Assembly: GCA_003507445.1 (NCBI GenBank)
Contig: DNVR01000008.1
Coordinates: 29,083-93,082 of the forward strand
Direction: 5' to 3'
DNA length: 64,000 nucleotides
From: Candidatus Moraniibacteriota bacterium
GTDB lineage: Bacteria > Patescibacteriota > Minisyncoccia > Moranbacterales > GWC2-37-73
The notes under the pieces were generated by a model that was not told where the DNA came from, ran no database searches, and was given only the letters and a program-made list of their open reading frames with translations. Both the position numbers and the translations under genes were made by a program. Within the stretch, counting starts at the first letter, position 1. Each line of letters begins with the position of its first letter. Below, in pieces: positions 1-8,663 of the stretch.

Positions 1-1
1 C

Positions 2-241
2 ATAAGAGAAAGAATGGGAACAGGTGGACACACTTGTTTTGATAGCGCTACGGATGCTGTTGATACTGTGGCCAAAAGAATTACTGCATTAGTAGAAGAA
101 TATGACAGAAATACTCCTGAGGAGATGGTAGTTTGGAAATGCGGATCAAATTGTGCAGTCACAGGCGGTCAAGCATCAGCCAACAAATGGATAAGCGACG
201 TAACGATGTATTTTGATGAATTAAGCACTGATCGCTCATAA
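2..241 (+). CDS. hypothetical protein, 5'-truncated by window edge; paralog of the C-terminal domain of the next gene
   Basis: Open frame continues to window start. The last ~75 aa align with the C-terminus of 457..1206 (WKCG(S/T)xCA, YF(D/N)(E/Q)L). Confidence 0.5.
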   Translation: MRERMGTGGHTCFDSATDAVDTVAKRITALVEEYDRNTPEEMVVWKCGSNCAVTGGQASANKWISDVTMYFDELSTDRS

Positions 242-456
242 CAACACACAAAAGCATAGTGATTTTAAAAAAGGCTCTATCAAGAGCTTTTTTGCTTATC
301 ATTTTTAAAAAATGGCTTAGATAAAGCATTTTAAAGAATAAGGTTCTTAAAAAGTGCATAAAAGTGCTTGACCGCAACGCTTGTTTTTGGTACCATAAGA
401 TCTGCGTCCCAACACCTTGTTTATAACTGGGGCCATTAAATTGTTAAAAATAACTT

Positions 457-1206
457 ATGAGTAAACCCTTGTGGTTTAAAGGAAAAACAGTGCAAAATTG
501 GAAAAGTGATGTTGCACGAATAAAAATTGTCATCAAAAGAAGCAATATTCTTTTTTTTGCTATTGCGCTTGCAGTTTTCGCTGTGTTGACAAGTTTATGG
601 GAAAACCAAACAGTGTCATATGCTAAGAAATATGCTACCAATAATGCAAATATTCAGGTCAAATCTCCCTTGCTTGAAGAACGAGAAGAATTGTTTGGCG
701 AAACTGTCGTTAGTGACAGGCAAGCAATGATTCTTAAAAAAGAACTTTTGAAGCAAACACAAGAAGACGGGAATATAGATTCAGGTCAATTTGCTCAAAA
801 AATATATGAAATAGTCGGAGATGCGCCAATTCGTGAGATGGTGCCATTTATTGCTAAGCGAGATGAAAAAGTGGCAGCATTTTTGGTTGGAATTGCAAAA
901 AAAGAAAGCAGCTTCGGTTTGGCTTCGCCGTCTAAGGATGGGAAGACTTGTTATAATTATTGGGGATATAAGTCATCAGGCGAGCGTGGAACTGCAATGG
1001 GGTATGCTTGTTTCGGTAGCGCTGAAGAAGCCATTAAAGTTGTTGGCGATCGCATTGAAGTTCTGGTTAACAAACAAAGAAACACTCCAGCTCGAATGGT
1101 TGACACTTGGAAATGTGGCACAAGCTGTGCCGGCGACCCCGGAGCACCCAGCTGGACTTCAACCGTAGCATTATATTTTAACCAACTTGTGACTAAAGAA
1201 GGTTAG
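457..1206 (+). CDS. hypothetical membrane-anchored protein (N-terminal TM helix); tandem paralog of upstream partial ORF
   Basis: 249-aa ORF with hydrophobic segment ILFFAIALAVFAVL. C-terminal region homologous to ORF 2..241. Followed by an intrinsic terminator. Confidence 0.55.
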   Translation: MSKPLWFKGKTVQNWKSDVARIKIVIKRSNILFFAIALAVFAVLTSLWENQTVSYAKKYATNNANIQVKSPLLEEREELFGETVVSDRQAMILKKELLKQTQEDGNIDSGQFAQKIYEIVGDAPIREMVPFIAKRDEKVAAFLVGIAKKESSFGLASPSKDGKTCYNYWGYKSSGERGTAMGYACFGSAEEAIKVVGDRIEVLVNKQRNTPARMVDTWKCGTSCAGDPGAPSWTSTVALYFNQLVTKEG

Positions 1207-1226
1207 AAAATACTTTGAATATAAAA

Positions 1227-1257
1227 AACGCTCAACTCTTGTTGAGCGTTTTTTTTG
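1227..1257 (+). terminator. rho-independent terminator (hairpin AACGCTCAAC-TCTT-GTTGAGCGTT plus T-run)
   Basis: Perfect 10-bp stem followed by TTTTTTTT, directly after the stop of 457..1206. Confidence 0.7.
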
Positions 1258-1389
1258 TTTAATCATTGGAGATTCATAAGAAATATGCTATATTTTATTC
1301 ATAAATCAGTAATGGTTGTATTATACTAAAAGTTCGCATAACCTGCAACTTTCAGCACACTATCAAACATTAAGTTCGCATATAAACGA

Positions 1390-1591
1390 GTTCATCTGAA
1401 ATGTCGCTCCGCTACGCTCGCTCCATTTCAGATGAACGCGCGCGCCTGCCGTCGCTGTCATCTGCTGTGTTGCTTCTCCCTACGGTCGTGAGCAAACACA
1501 TCAGATAACAGCGCCTATCCGAAATTTCCCTCGCCCCGACTGCTGTCGGGACTCGTGAAACATCGGATCAGGCGCGCGCGTTCTGCGAAAT
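1390..1591. repeat. GC-rich structured repeat element, copy A (full core ~202 bp)
   Basis: Near-identical to 2791..2992. Contains nested stems: GTTCATCTGAAATG...CATTTCAGATGAAC, CGCGCGCGCCTG...CAGGCGCGCGCG and CCCGAC-TGCT-GTCGGG. GC ~58% in an AT-rich background. Confidence 0.8.
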
Positions 1592-1640
1592 AGCGAAAAA
1601 CATACCTTTATTAATAATTTTTTCAAGCCCTTTTGAAATA

Positions 1641-1676
1641 AAAAAATCCCCCGGTCAATCACCAGGGGACGGCAGT
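1641..1676 (-). terminator. rho-independent terminator for the minus-strand small ORF
   Basis: Hairpin CCCCTGGTGATTGACCGGGG followed by a T-run on the minus strand, immediately after the TGA stop at 1677..1679. Confidence 0.55.
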
Positions 1677-1843
1677 CATCTTTTCAGATTTTTCATCACT
1701 GCGTAGAATGAAGCTGCTGCTCCGCCAACCATTACAAGTGCGAGTAATCCGATTGCAATGGGCTCGTAAATCTTCGGGTAGGATATCGTGGAAACCGTAA
1801 AGAGTGCCGTCCCTACGCCAAAAACAAAAGCATCCCATTTCAT
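1677..1843 (-). CDS. small hydrophobic membrane protein (55 aa), not in supplied ORF track
   Basis: ATG preceded by AAGGAGG with 6-nt spacing. Translation MKWDAFVFGVGTALFTVSTISYPKIYEPIAIGLLALVMVGGAAASFYAVMKNLKR. Terminator downstream. Local GC ~50%. Confidence 0.45.
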
Positions 1844-2077
1844 AAAGAACCTCCTTGAGAGTTGATATTACAACACTTCAATGACTTCCTATCCTACACA
1901 CGAAGTATTGAAATGTCAAGTGGCAATATTTCAAAAGGGCTTGAAAAAATTGGGCTCAAAATAAGGAGTGTATGTTTTTCCGCTACATCGCAGAACAAGC
2001 AATATCTGGCTCAAAAGTCTTGCCTAATATATAATTAAATAAAGGAGTGCAAGATTTTTTCGACCCAAATTTGCCCT

Positions 2078-2192
2078 TCGCTACGCTCGATCAAACTTCA
2101 GATATTGCTAGACGTTCATCTGAAATTTTCCTCGCCCCGACTGCTGTCGGGACTCGTGAAACATCGGATCAGGCGCGCGCGTTAGATGAAAT
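2078..2192. repeat. GC-rich structured repeat element, copy B (internal-deletion derivative)
   Basis: Has the 5' arm (TTCGCTACGCTCGATCAAACTTCAGATATTGCTAGAC), GTTCATCTGAAAT, then jumps to the 3' part TTCCTCGCCCCGACTGCTGTCGGGACTCGTGAAACATCGGATCAGGCGCGCGCGTT. Confidence 0.7.
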
Positions 2193-2255
2193 ACCCAGAA
2201 ATTTCTTTTTTTATTTTAATATTTTTTTGCAATTCATAATTCTTAATACAAACCC

Positions 2256-2630
2256 ATGTTTAATCCAAATCGTCCACCATCAGAACAATTAGAAAATAAA
2301 ATGTTCACTATCGAGCTTAAGGATAATGAGTCCATTGTCGTTAAGGAAATGGAACCAGGTGTATTTAAAATAGTAGATAATAGTATAACAAAAAAAGATG
2401 AGCATCAGATGGCGGGCGAAACATTCATAGGCTTCGGAGAGTGGGATGATGAGGTTGAAGATTTAGATAGTCGTAGTAGCGATGCACGATATTTTGATAT
2501 GTCGGAACATCTCAGATGGGAAGATGTTGAGTTTATTGGTGATGATGAAATAAAGGCGCCATCACTAGATCGGCTGAAGCAAGCGTTGCAACACATAAAA
2601 ATACTTCCTTATAATCCCGAAGATATGTAA
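2256..2630 (+). CDS. hypothetical acidic protein
   Basis: 124-aa ORF between repeat copies. No recognisable motif. Confidence 0.3.
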   Translation: MFNPNRPPSEQLENKMFTIELKDNESIVVKEMEPGVFKIVDNSITKKDEHQMAGETFIGFGEWDDEVEDLDSRSSDARYFDMSEHLRWEDVEFIGDDEIKAPSLDRLKQALQHIKILPYNPEDM

Positions 2631-2748
2631 TTGCAAAATACATTAAGGAAAAAGAAATTTCTGGGTACATCACATAACAAGGCACATGCGGTTCAAAAAT
2701 TTTGCATCTTTTAAAATTAGAGGTGTGCAAAATTTTCTCTCCCAAATT

Positions 2749-2992
2749 TTTTTCGGCTATGCCTTCAGAAAAACTTCAGATATGCCTAACGTTCATCTGA
2801 AATGTCGCTCCGCTACGCTCGCTCCATTTCAGATGAACGCGCGCGCCTGCCGTCGCTGTCATCTGCTGTGTTGCTTCTCCCTACGGTCGTGAGCAAACAC
2901 ATCAGATAACAGCGCCTATCCGAAATTTCCCTCGCCCCGACTGCTGTCGGGACTCGTGAAACATCGGATCAGGCGCGCGCGTTGTGCGAAAT
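2749..2992. repeat. GC-rich structured repeat element, copy C (full, includes 5' arm)
   Basis: 2791..2992 nearly identical to 1390..1591. The 5' arm CCCAAATTTTTTTCGGCTATGCC...CTTCAGATATGCCTAAC is shared with copies B and D. Confidence 0.8.
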
Positions 2993-3443
2993 GCATGTTT
3001 TCCTTTTGGGCTAACGCCCTGGCTCAAAAAAGAATCCGATTTTGTTTTTTCTTTATTTTAAAGAGGGGTTAAAAAGGTGTTTTTCTGCTCTTTGGGGAGC
3101 AGAAAAATTATACAAAAATTATACATATTGATTTTATTTATAAGCCATGTTAACTTATTATTATCAGTTAAGAATTTGTTTGTAGATTATGTTCTTTGTA
3201 TCAATTGATGTTATCCCACAGAAAGGAGGAAACTGCTTATGCGGAAGCTTATTGTGCTGTGCGCAGTTGTAGCTCTGGCTTAGAGACCATACCGATTTGG
3301 CCGGCGTCGTCGCCCGGCCGCCAGAGAAACATTCGCCCCCGATTCAAGAAACGGAAGAACCGTCATGGTGTAACCGTGGATTCTTGAATTGGCATAACCG
3401 ATAAACCGCCAACAAATGGATATACCCCCAAGGAGGTAATACC

Positions 3444-3542
3444 ATGACGACCAGCCGTGGACGACCTGTTTTCGCTCAGATGATCAAGGGAGAAGAAGCT
3501 GCCGGCAAGGTGAAGAAAGCCGAAGGTACAGCACTGGTCTAG
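3444..3542 (+). CDS. micro-ORF (32 aa) with consensus SD inside a GC-rich island
   Basis: AAGGAGG-7nt-ATG. Encodes MTTSRGRPVFAQMIKGEEAAGKVKKAEGTALV. Strong terminator 80 nt downstream. GC ~55%. Confidence 0.25.
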   Translation: MTTSRGRPVFAQMIKGEEAAGKVKKAEGTALV

Positions 3543-3622
3543 GACCGTGAAGTGGCCGGCCTCGTCCTTCCGGCCAAAATGGGGAAAGATAATCGTCAAC
3601 CGGACATCATGTCCATAACCTG

Positions 3623-3658
3623 ACCGCTCTCGGCATTGCTGAGAGCGGGTCTTTTTTT
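3623..3658 (+). terminator. rho-independent terminator
   Basis: ACCGCTCTC-GGCATTGCT-GAGAGCGGGT followed by TTTTTTT. Confidence 0.7.
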
Positions 3659-3863
3659 ATTTGCCACCCCAATAAATACCACGTATAATTACCAATAAGG
3701 AGTATTGGCTCCAGGCCATTCACCCTTAGCCCCTCTTCCCAAAACAAAGACGAAATTCAATTAATTCATTACAGAAATGCTATTCCTCTGCTGAGGAATG
3801 AAAAGAAAAAACAAACATCGCACAACAACGAGTATCCGGTTTCGACTTTTTCGAAAGTCTTCA

Positions 3864-3948
3864 CCCAAATTTTTCTTTCGCTATGCTTGGTCAAACTTCA
3901 GATACTGCTAGACGTTCATCTGAAATGTCGCTCCGCTACGCGCGTTCG
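3864..3948. repeat. GC-rich structured repeat element, copy D (large internal deletion)
   Basis: 5' arm, GTTCATCTGAAATGTCGCTCCGCTACG, then CGCGTT. Shares its 5' arm with copies B and C. Confidence 0.6.
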
Positions 3949-4052
3949 GAAAAAAACTAAAAATTTCCTCTCTATTTTGAAAAGAATTTTTTGGCAATTT
4001 TGTTCGGTCGAACTAATTTTAAACAATTCAAAAAATTAATTTTAAAAACAAA

Positions 4053-4898
4053 ATGATGAGAAATAAAAAAGAAAATATTACCATAATTATAATTATCGTA
4101 ATTTTAACCTTATCCGCAGGAGTTATCGGCTGGATGCTAGCGAAGAACTCGCAAGATGTTTCAAAATCTAAGATAGTTAATAATTCAAAACTAATAAGCA
4201 CAACAGAACAGTCTTCGGAGCCGACAAATAAAATTTCTGAATCGTTACCTCCTGTTGATGAAATCGCTATTAACGATTTTTCCATAGCTATTGTCGCAAA
4301 CAATGATCTGCACTGGTCTAGTCGCGCAAATGTCAAATCAGATACTTCAATTCAATTTCGCTGGACAACAACAGGTGCGGATAGTTGCAATATAAGTGGC
4401 GGAAATTTATTTAATTCGAATACAAATTTAGCAACAAACGAAACAGGAATTAAAAAAGTTGCAGATGATTTTTCGAACGGAATCTACACATTAAAATGTG
4501 TAAGAAAATTAGATAATAAAACAGCAGAGGCAACTCCTATAATACTCAATGTCACACCAGCTAAAAAGTTAGTCATGTGCATGAAAAAATGCGGAAATGG
4601 CGGAATACCCATTCAGCAGAATATGAATCGCTTCTCTGGTGAAACAGTCCAAAAAGTCCGAGCGTGTTTTGGAAATTTTGCGTTGGATTGTCCAACACAG
4701 GATGTTACCAAAAATGCCGAATGGCTAACTAGTAATAATTCGATAATTACTTGGTCAAAGGATTATACGGTCGATGGAGAGAAGATAGTGGATGATGTGT
4801 ATCCCAATAAAACCCTGAAATCAGTCGGTGCAGGCAATGCTGAAGCCAGTGTTACATATTCTGGTTATTCATATGTTGTGAGGGTTGATGTGAAGTAG
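4053..4898 (+). CDS. hypothetical secreted/membrane-anchored Cys-containing protein
   Basis: 281-aa ORF with N-terminal signal-anchor ITIIIIIVILTLSAGVIGWML. No recognised catalytic motif. Confidence 0.5.
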   Translation: MMRNKKENITIIIIIVILTLSAGVIGWMLAKNSQDVSKSKIVNNSKLISTTEQSSEPTNKISESLPPVDEIAINDFSIAIVANNDLHWSSRANVKSDTSIQFRWTTTGADSCNISGGNLFNSNTNLATNETGIKKVADDFSNGIYTLKCVRKLDNKTAEATPIILNVTPAKKLVMCMKKCGNGGIPIQQNMNRFSGETVQKVRACFGNFALDCPTQDVTKNAEWLTSNNSIITWSKDYTVDGEKIVDDVYPNKTLKSVGAGNAEASVTYSGYSYVVRVDVK

Positions 4899-5083
4899 AC
4901 ATATTAAAAATAATTACTAAAAACTCTTTATTTTTAGGAAAGAAAAACTTTAGTTTCATTGCTTGAACCCGGCATATGTGGCTCGAAAAATTGACACTAT
5001 TAAAAAGTTCCAAATCAAGCATCATATTTGACGAAAATGAGTTAATTGGATATAATTGGATGTAGTTAATATATCCAAAAACT

Positions 5084-6172
5084 ATGGCTAATATAAAGCA
5101 AAAAGATATTAATATTGCAGACAAATTTTCAAAAAGGCTTGATAATATACCTGCGGAAATAATTTCAAAAATCGCCAAGATTGATGAATTAAAAGGCAGC
5201 TGGGTTTCTGGCACTCAACTAAGCTCGCAAGCACTGGGTCGTCTCAAGCGGTCTGTTTTGATAACCTCGACTGGAGCATCAACTCGTATTGAGGGTGTGC
5301 AACTTTCTGATGAGGATATTGAAAAAGTGATGCGCGGTATAAATATTCAAAAATTTGCTGACCGCGATAAGCAAGAAGTCAAGGGTTATTACGAACTTTT
5401 GGAAAATGTCTTTAATTCTTGGGGGAGTTTGAAATTCAACGAAAGTTCAATAAAACATTTCCACAAGGAGTTATTGAAATATTCAGAAAAAGACCAGGGT
5501 CATTTGGGTGATTACAAATTTGGAGAAAATAAAGTCGTCGCATACGATCATGAAGGAAAAGAGGTTGGGATAATTTTCAATCCCACTTCGCCATACCTCA
5601 CGCCCAAAGAAATGATTGAGCTTATTGAATCAACCAATTTTTTGCTTGCTGAAAAAAAATACCATCCGTTGCTAGTAATTGCAAATTTCCTGGTTGAATT
5701 TTTGGCAATTCATCCTTTTAAAGATGGAAATGGAAGAGTTTCTAGAGTTTTGACGAATTTATTGTTGCTTCAAAATGGATATCTGTATATGCCGTATGTT
5801 TCACATGAAAAACTAGTGGAAGACAATAAAACAGATTATTATCTTGCACTTAGGAGAAGTCAAAAGACTTTTCATTCAAAAAACGAAGACATTTCTCCAT
5901 GGTTAGAATTTTTCTTTACAATTTTATTACGACAATCACAATTTGCGATTGAATTATTGTCAAAAGAGAATATTGAAAAATTACTATCAGAAAGACAACT
6001 TGCAGTTTGGAAATTTTTTCAACAAGTTGAAATTACTGGAACAGGCGAGATTGTTGCTGGAACAAATATTCCGCGGCCAACCGTCAAGCAATCACTTGAG
6101 GTATTGTTGAAGTTGAAAAAAATAGAGAGAATAGGCCAAGGTAGAAGTGTGAGATATAAAAAGGTTGCTTAA
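5084..6172 (+). CDS. fic: Fic/DOC family protein (putative AMPylator) with N-terminal inhibitory helix and C-terminal winged-helix-like region
   Basis: Canonical Fic motif HPFKDGNGRVSRVL (HxFx(D/E)GNGRxxR). Upstream STRIEG matches the (S/T)xxxE(G/N) inhibitory motif of class II Fic proteins. Confidence 0.85.
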   Translation: MANIKQKDINIADKFSKRLDNIPAEIISKIAKIDELKGSWVSGTQLSSQALGRLKRSVLITSTGASTRIEGVQLSDEDIEKVMRGINIQKFADRDKQEVKGYYELLENVFNSWGSLKFNESSIKHFHKELLKYSEKDQGHLGDYKFGENKVVAYDHEGKEVGIIFNPTSPYLTPKEMIELIESTNFLLAEKKYHPLLVIANFLVEFLAIHPFKDGNGRVSRVLTNLLLLQNGYLYMPYVSHEKLVEDNKTDYYLALRRSQKTFHSKNEDISPWLEFFFTILLRQSQFAIELLSKENIEKLLSERQLAVWKFFQQVEITGTGEIVAGTNIPRPTVKQSLEVLLKLKKIERIGQGRSVRYKKVA

Positions 6173-6416
6173 GATTGAATAATAGAAAGAAAATTAAGAA
6201 GTTAGGTTCGCCAAAATACGTAAAAGTTTATATTTCTAAAAAGCGGAATCAAGGGATTTCGCTTTTTGTTATGGATTTTTTGGTGTATAATGAATGTATA
6301 AAATGATCAATGAGCAGTTTTCAATTTTCATATAAATTAATAATTTTCAATTTGAAAATTAAAAATATTGAAAATTAAATGAAAATTGTGAATTGTAAAT
6401 TGAAAATTGTTAATCT

Positions 6417-7337
6417 ATGTCTTGGATTTTTGTTGCAGTAAGCGCATATTTTTTGGGAGCCTTTGCGGTCCTGATGGACAAGTTTCTTTTGGGCTCCAAA
6501 AGAATTTCTTCTCCGCAAGTGTACACTTTTTACGTGGGAATTTTTGGATTGGGCGCATTTCTTTTTGCGCCGTTTGGTTTTGATGTTCCTTCTGCTTGGC
6601 AGATCACAATAAGTTTTATTTCGGGAGCAATTTATATTGGCGGAATTTTTGCGCTCAATCTTTCAATCAACAAAGCTGAAGCAAGCAGGGTAACACCTGT
6701 TGTTTTTTCGGTTGTGCCGATTGCGACATATTTGATATCCTTTGTTTTTAATGATGAAAAACTGACACTCATTCAGATTGGTGGAGTCGCATTGCTTATA
6801 ATCGGTGGACTGCTCATTTCTTTTGACTTGCCGCTTAAATTGAACAAGAGAAAATTTTTTGTTGGCTTTTATTTTTCTTGTTTGGCTGGAGTGCTTTTGG
6901 CAATTTCATATGTGATGTTTAAGATGGTTTATGTTGAGCAAACATTTTTAAATGGATTTATGTGGACCAGAGTTGGCGGTTTTGCGGCTGCACTTTTGCT
7001 TTTGATTGTTCCGACTTGGCGCAAGGCTATTTTTAAAAGTTTTTCTCATGCTAAAAAACCTTCAAAGGAACATATTGGCACGGGAGGAATATTCATTGCA
7101 AATAAGATCCTGGGCGGAACAAGTTCTATCTTGCTCAATAAGGCTTTTCAGTTGGGAAGTGTGACATTGGTCAATTCGATGGTATCGCTCCAATATGTGT
7201 TTGTGCTTATTCTCGTGGCAATAGCAGCCAAAAAACATCCGAAAGTTTTTGAAGAAAAGTTGTTGTTTTGGGATTGGGCTCAAAAAGTTGTTGCGATATT
7301 AATCATTGCAATAGGGATGGTTTTAATTTCAAGATAG
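6417..7337 (+). CDS. polytopic membrane protein, EamA/DMT-superfamily-like transporter
   Basis: 306 aa with ~10 hydrophobic helices in two halves. No ATP-binding motif. Confidence 0.45.
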   Translation: MSWIFVAVSAYFLGAFAVLMDKFLLGSKRISSPQVYTFYVGIFGLGAFLFAPFGFDVPSAWQITISFISGAIYIGGIFALNLSINKAEASRVTPVVFSVVPIATYLISFVFNDEKLTLIQIGGVALLIIGGLLISFDLPLKLNKRKFFVGFYFSCLAGVLLAISYVMFKMVYVEQTFLNGFMWTRVGGFAAALLLLIVPTWRKAIFKSFSHAKKPSKEHIGTGGIFIANKILGGTSSILLNKAFQLGSVTLVNSMVSLQYVFVLILVAIAAKKHPKVFEEKLLFWDWAQKVVAILIIAIGMVLISR

Positions 7338-7343
7338 AAATTC

Positions 7344-7462
7344 TGTCATTCCGGACTTGATCCGGAATCCAGGTTTTACGCTTAGTGATTTTTATTGCGA
7401 TAATTACAGTTTTTATACGGAATTGCAGAACCTGGATTCCCGCCTTCGCGGGAATGACAAAA
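7344..7462. repeat. MITE-like palindromic element, copy 1 (TIR TGTCATTCC...GGAATGACAA)
   Basis: ATTCCGGACTTGATCCGGAAT and ATTCCCGCCTTCGCGGGAAT palindromes (ATTCCC-N8-GGGAAT form). Second copy at 21297..21382. Confidence 0.75.
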
Positions 7463-7524
7463 GGTTAATTTGTAAAAAATACTCTCGCTCCTAAATTTTA
7501 TAAATTAAATAATATATTATAAAA

Positions 7525-8598
7525 ATGAAAAAAGAAAAAACCAGTTCAAGCAAAATAAGCTCGGCATTGGCTGGGTTGTGGCGCGCTATCTCTTGGACTT
7601 TGGCTGTGATTGTGATTGTGTTTATCCTCTTGTTTATATATGTGAATTTGCCAGTTAAGGCAAACACTGATGATGCAAAAATCGGTGTGACATTTTCATA
7701 TATTTACGCTGAGCAAATCGGGCTTGATTGGAAACAGGCATATTTGGCAATGTTAAATGATCTTAAAATTAAGCATATAAGATTGCCAATATATTGGGAC
7801 AGGGTTGAGGGTAAAGAAGGTGAATATGATTTTTCGCATATTGATTGGCAGTTGGAACAAGCACGAAATGCTGGTGCGGAAATAATTTTGGTTATTGGTC
7901 AAAAGGTTCCACGTTGGCCAGAATGTTATGTGCCAAAATGGGTGGGAGAAGATCCAAGCAATCTTCCTGCGGACAGATTAAAAGAAAAATTGTTAACCTT
8001 TGAAGAAGTTGTTATCAACAGGTATAAGGATAATCATCCCGAAATTGTTCGTTGGCAAGTTGAGAATGAACCGTTTTTGAATTTCGGAATTTGCTCTAAA
8101 GTTGACACTGAACTTTTGGACAGTGAACTTGTTAAGGTGAGAGAACTTGATCCCAGTCGTCCAATTGTGGTTACTGACAGTGGGGAACTTAGTTTGTGGG
8201 TAAATGCTGCCAAAAGAGCTGATGTTTTTGGAACCACAATGTATCGAGAAGTTTATAGTCAAAAAATGGGTCATTGGCGTTATCCAATAGGACCAAATTT
8301 TTTCAAAATAAAACAGTGGATGATTGAGGCTTTTGCTGATCAGGAAAATGCTATTGTGATTGAGCTTCAAGGCGAGCCGTGGGTGGCAGGATGGACAATT
8401 GATGCACCTGTTGAAGTTCAACTTGCTTCAATGAATGCTGAAATTTTGAAGGAAAATATAGAATTTGCCAAAAAAACAGGAATGAACGAAATTTATATTT
8501 GGGGTGTGGAATGGTGGTATTATATGAAAACAGTTCAGAATAATCCAACTCTCTGGGAAACAGTCAAGGCATTTGAAATTCAAAACAATGCAATATAA
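7525..8598 (+). CDS. putative glycoside hydrolase (TIM-barrel clan GH-A-like), membrane-anchored
   Basis: N-terminal TM helix. VENEPF motif typical of the GH5/clan A acid-base catalyst; candidate nucleophile in IELQGEPW. Confidence 0.4.
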   Translation: MKKEKTSSSKISSALAGLWRAISWTLAVIVIVFILLFIYVNLPVKANTDDAKIGVTFSYIYAEQIGLDWKQAYLAMLNDLKIKHIRLPIYWDRVEGKEGEYDFSHIDWQLEQARNAGAEIILVIGQKVPRWPECYVPKWVGEDPSNLPADRLKEKLLTFEEVVINRYKDNHPEIVRWQVENEPFLNFGICSKVDTELLDSELVKVRELDPSRPIVVTDSGELSLWVNAAKRADVFGTTMYREVYSQKMGHWRYPIGPNFFKIKQWMIEAFADQENAIVIELQGEPWVAGWTIDAPVEVQLASMNAEILKENIEFAKKTGMNEIYIWGVEWWYYMKTVQNNPTLWETVKAFEIQNNAI

Positions 8599-8663
8599 TA
8601 ATGGCTGTAAATATTTGAATTAAAATGCTATAATAAGAATATAGTAAAAATAAAAAAAATATT

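Noticed and set aside
2047-2892. Track ORFs 2047..2292 (+) and 2686..2892 (+) as protein-coding genes
   Set aside because: Both are largely encoded by copies of the GC-rich structured repeat (same DNA in multiple places, different frames), so the reading frames are most likely fortuitous.
1390-3950. CRISPR array interpretation of the GC-rich repeats
   Set aside because: Repeats are ~200 bp, irregularly spaced, internally structured and variably truncated. There are no short regularly spaced repeats and no cas genes.
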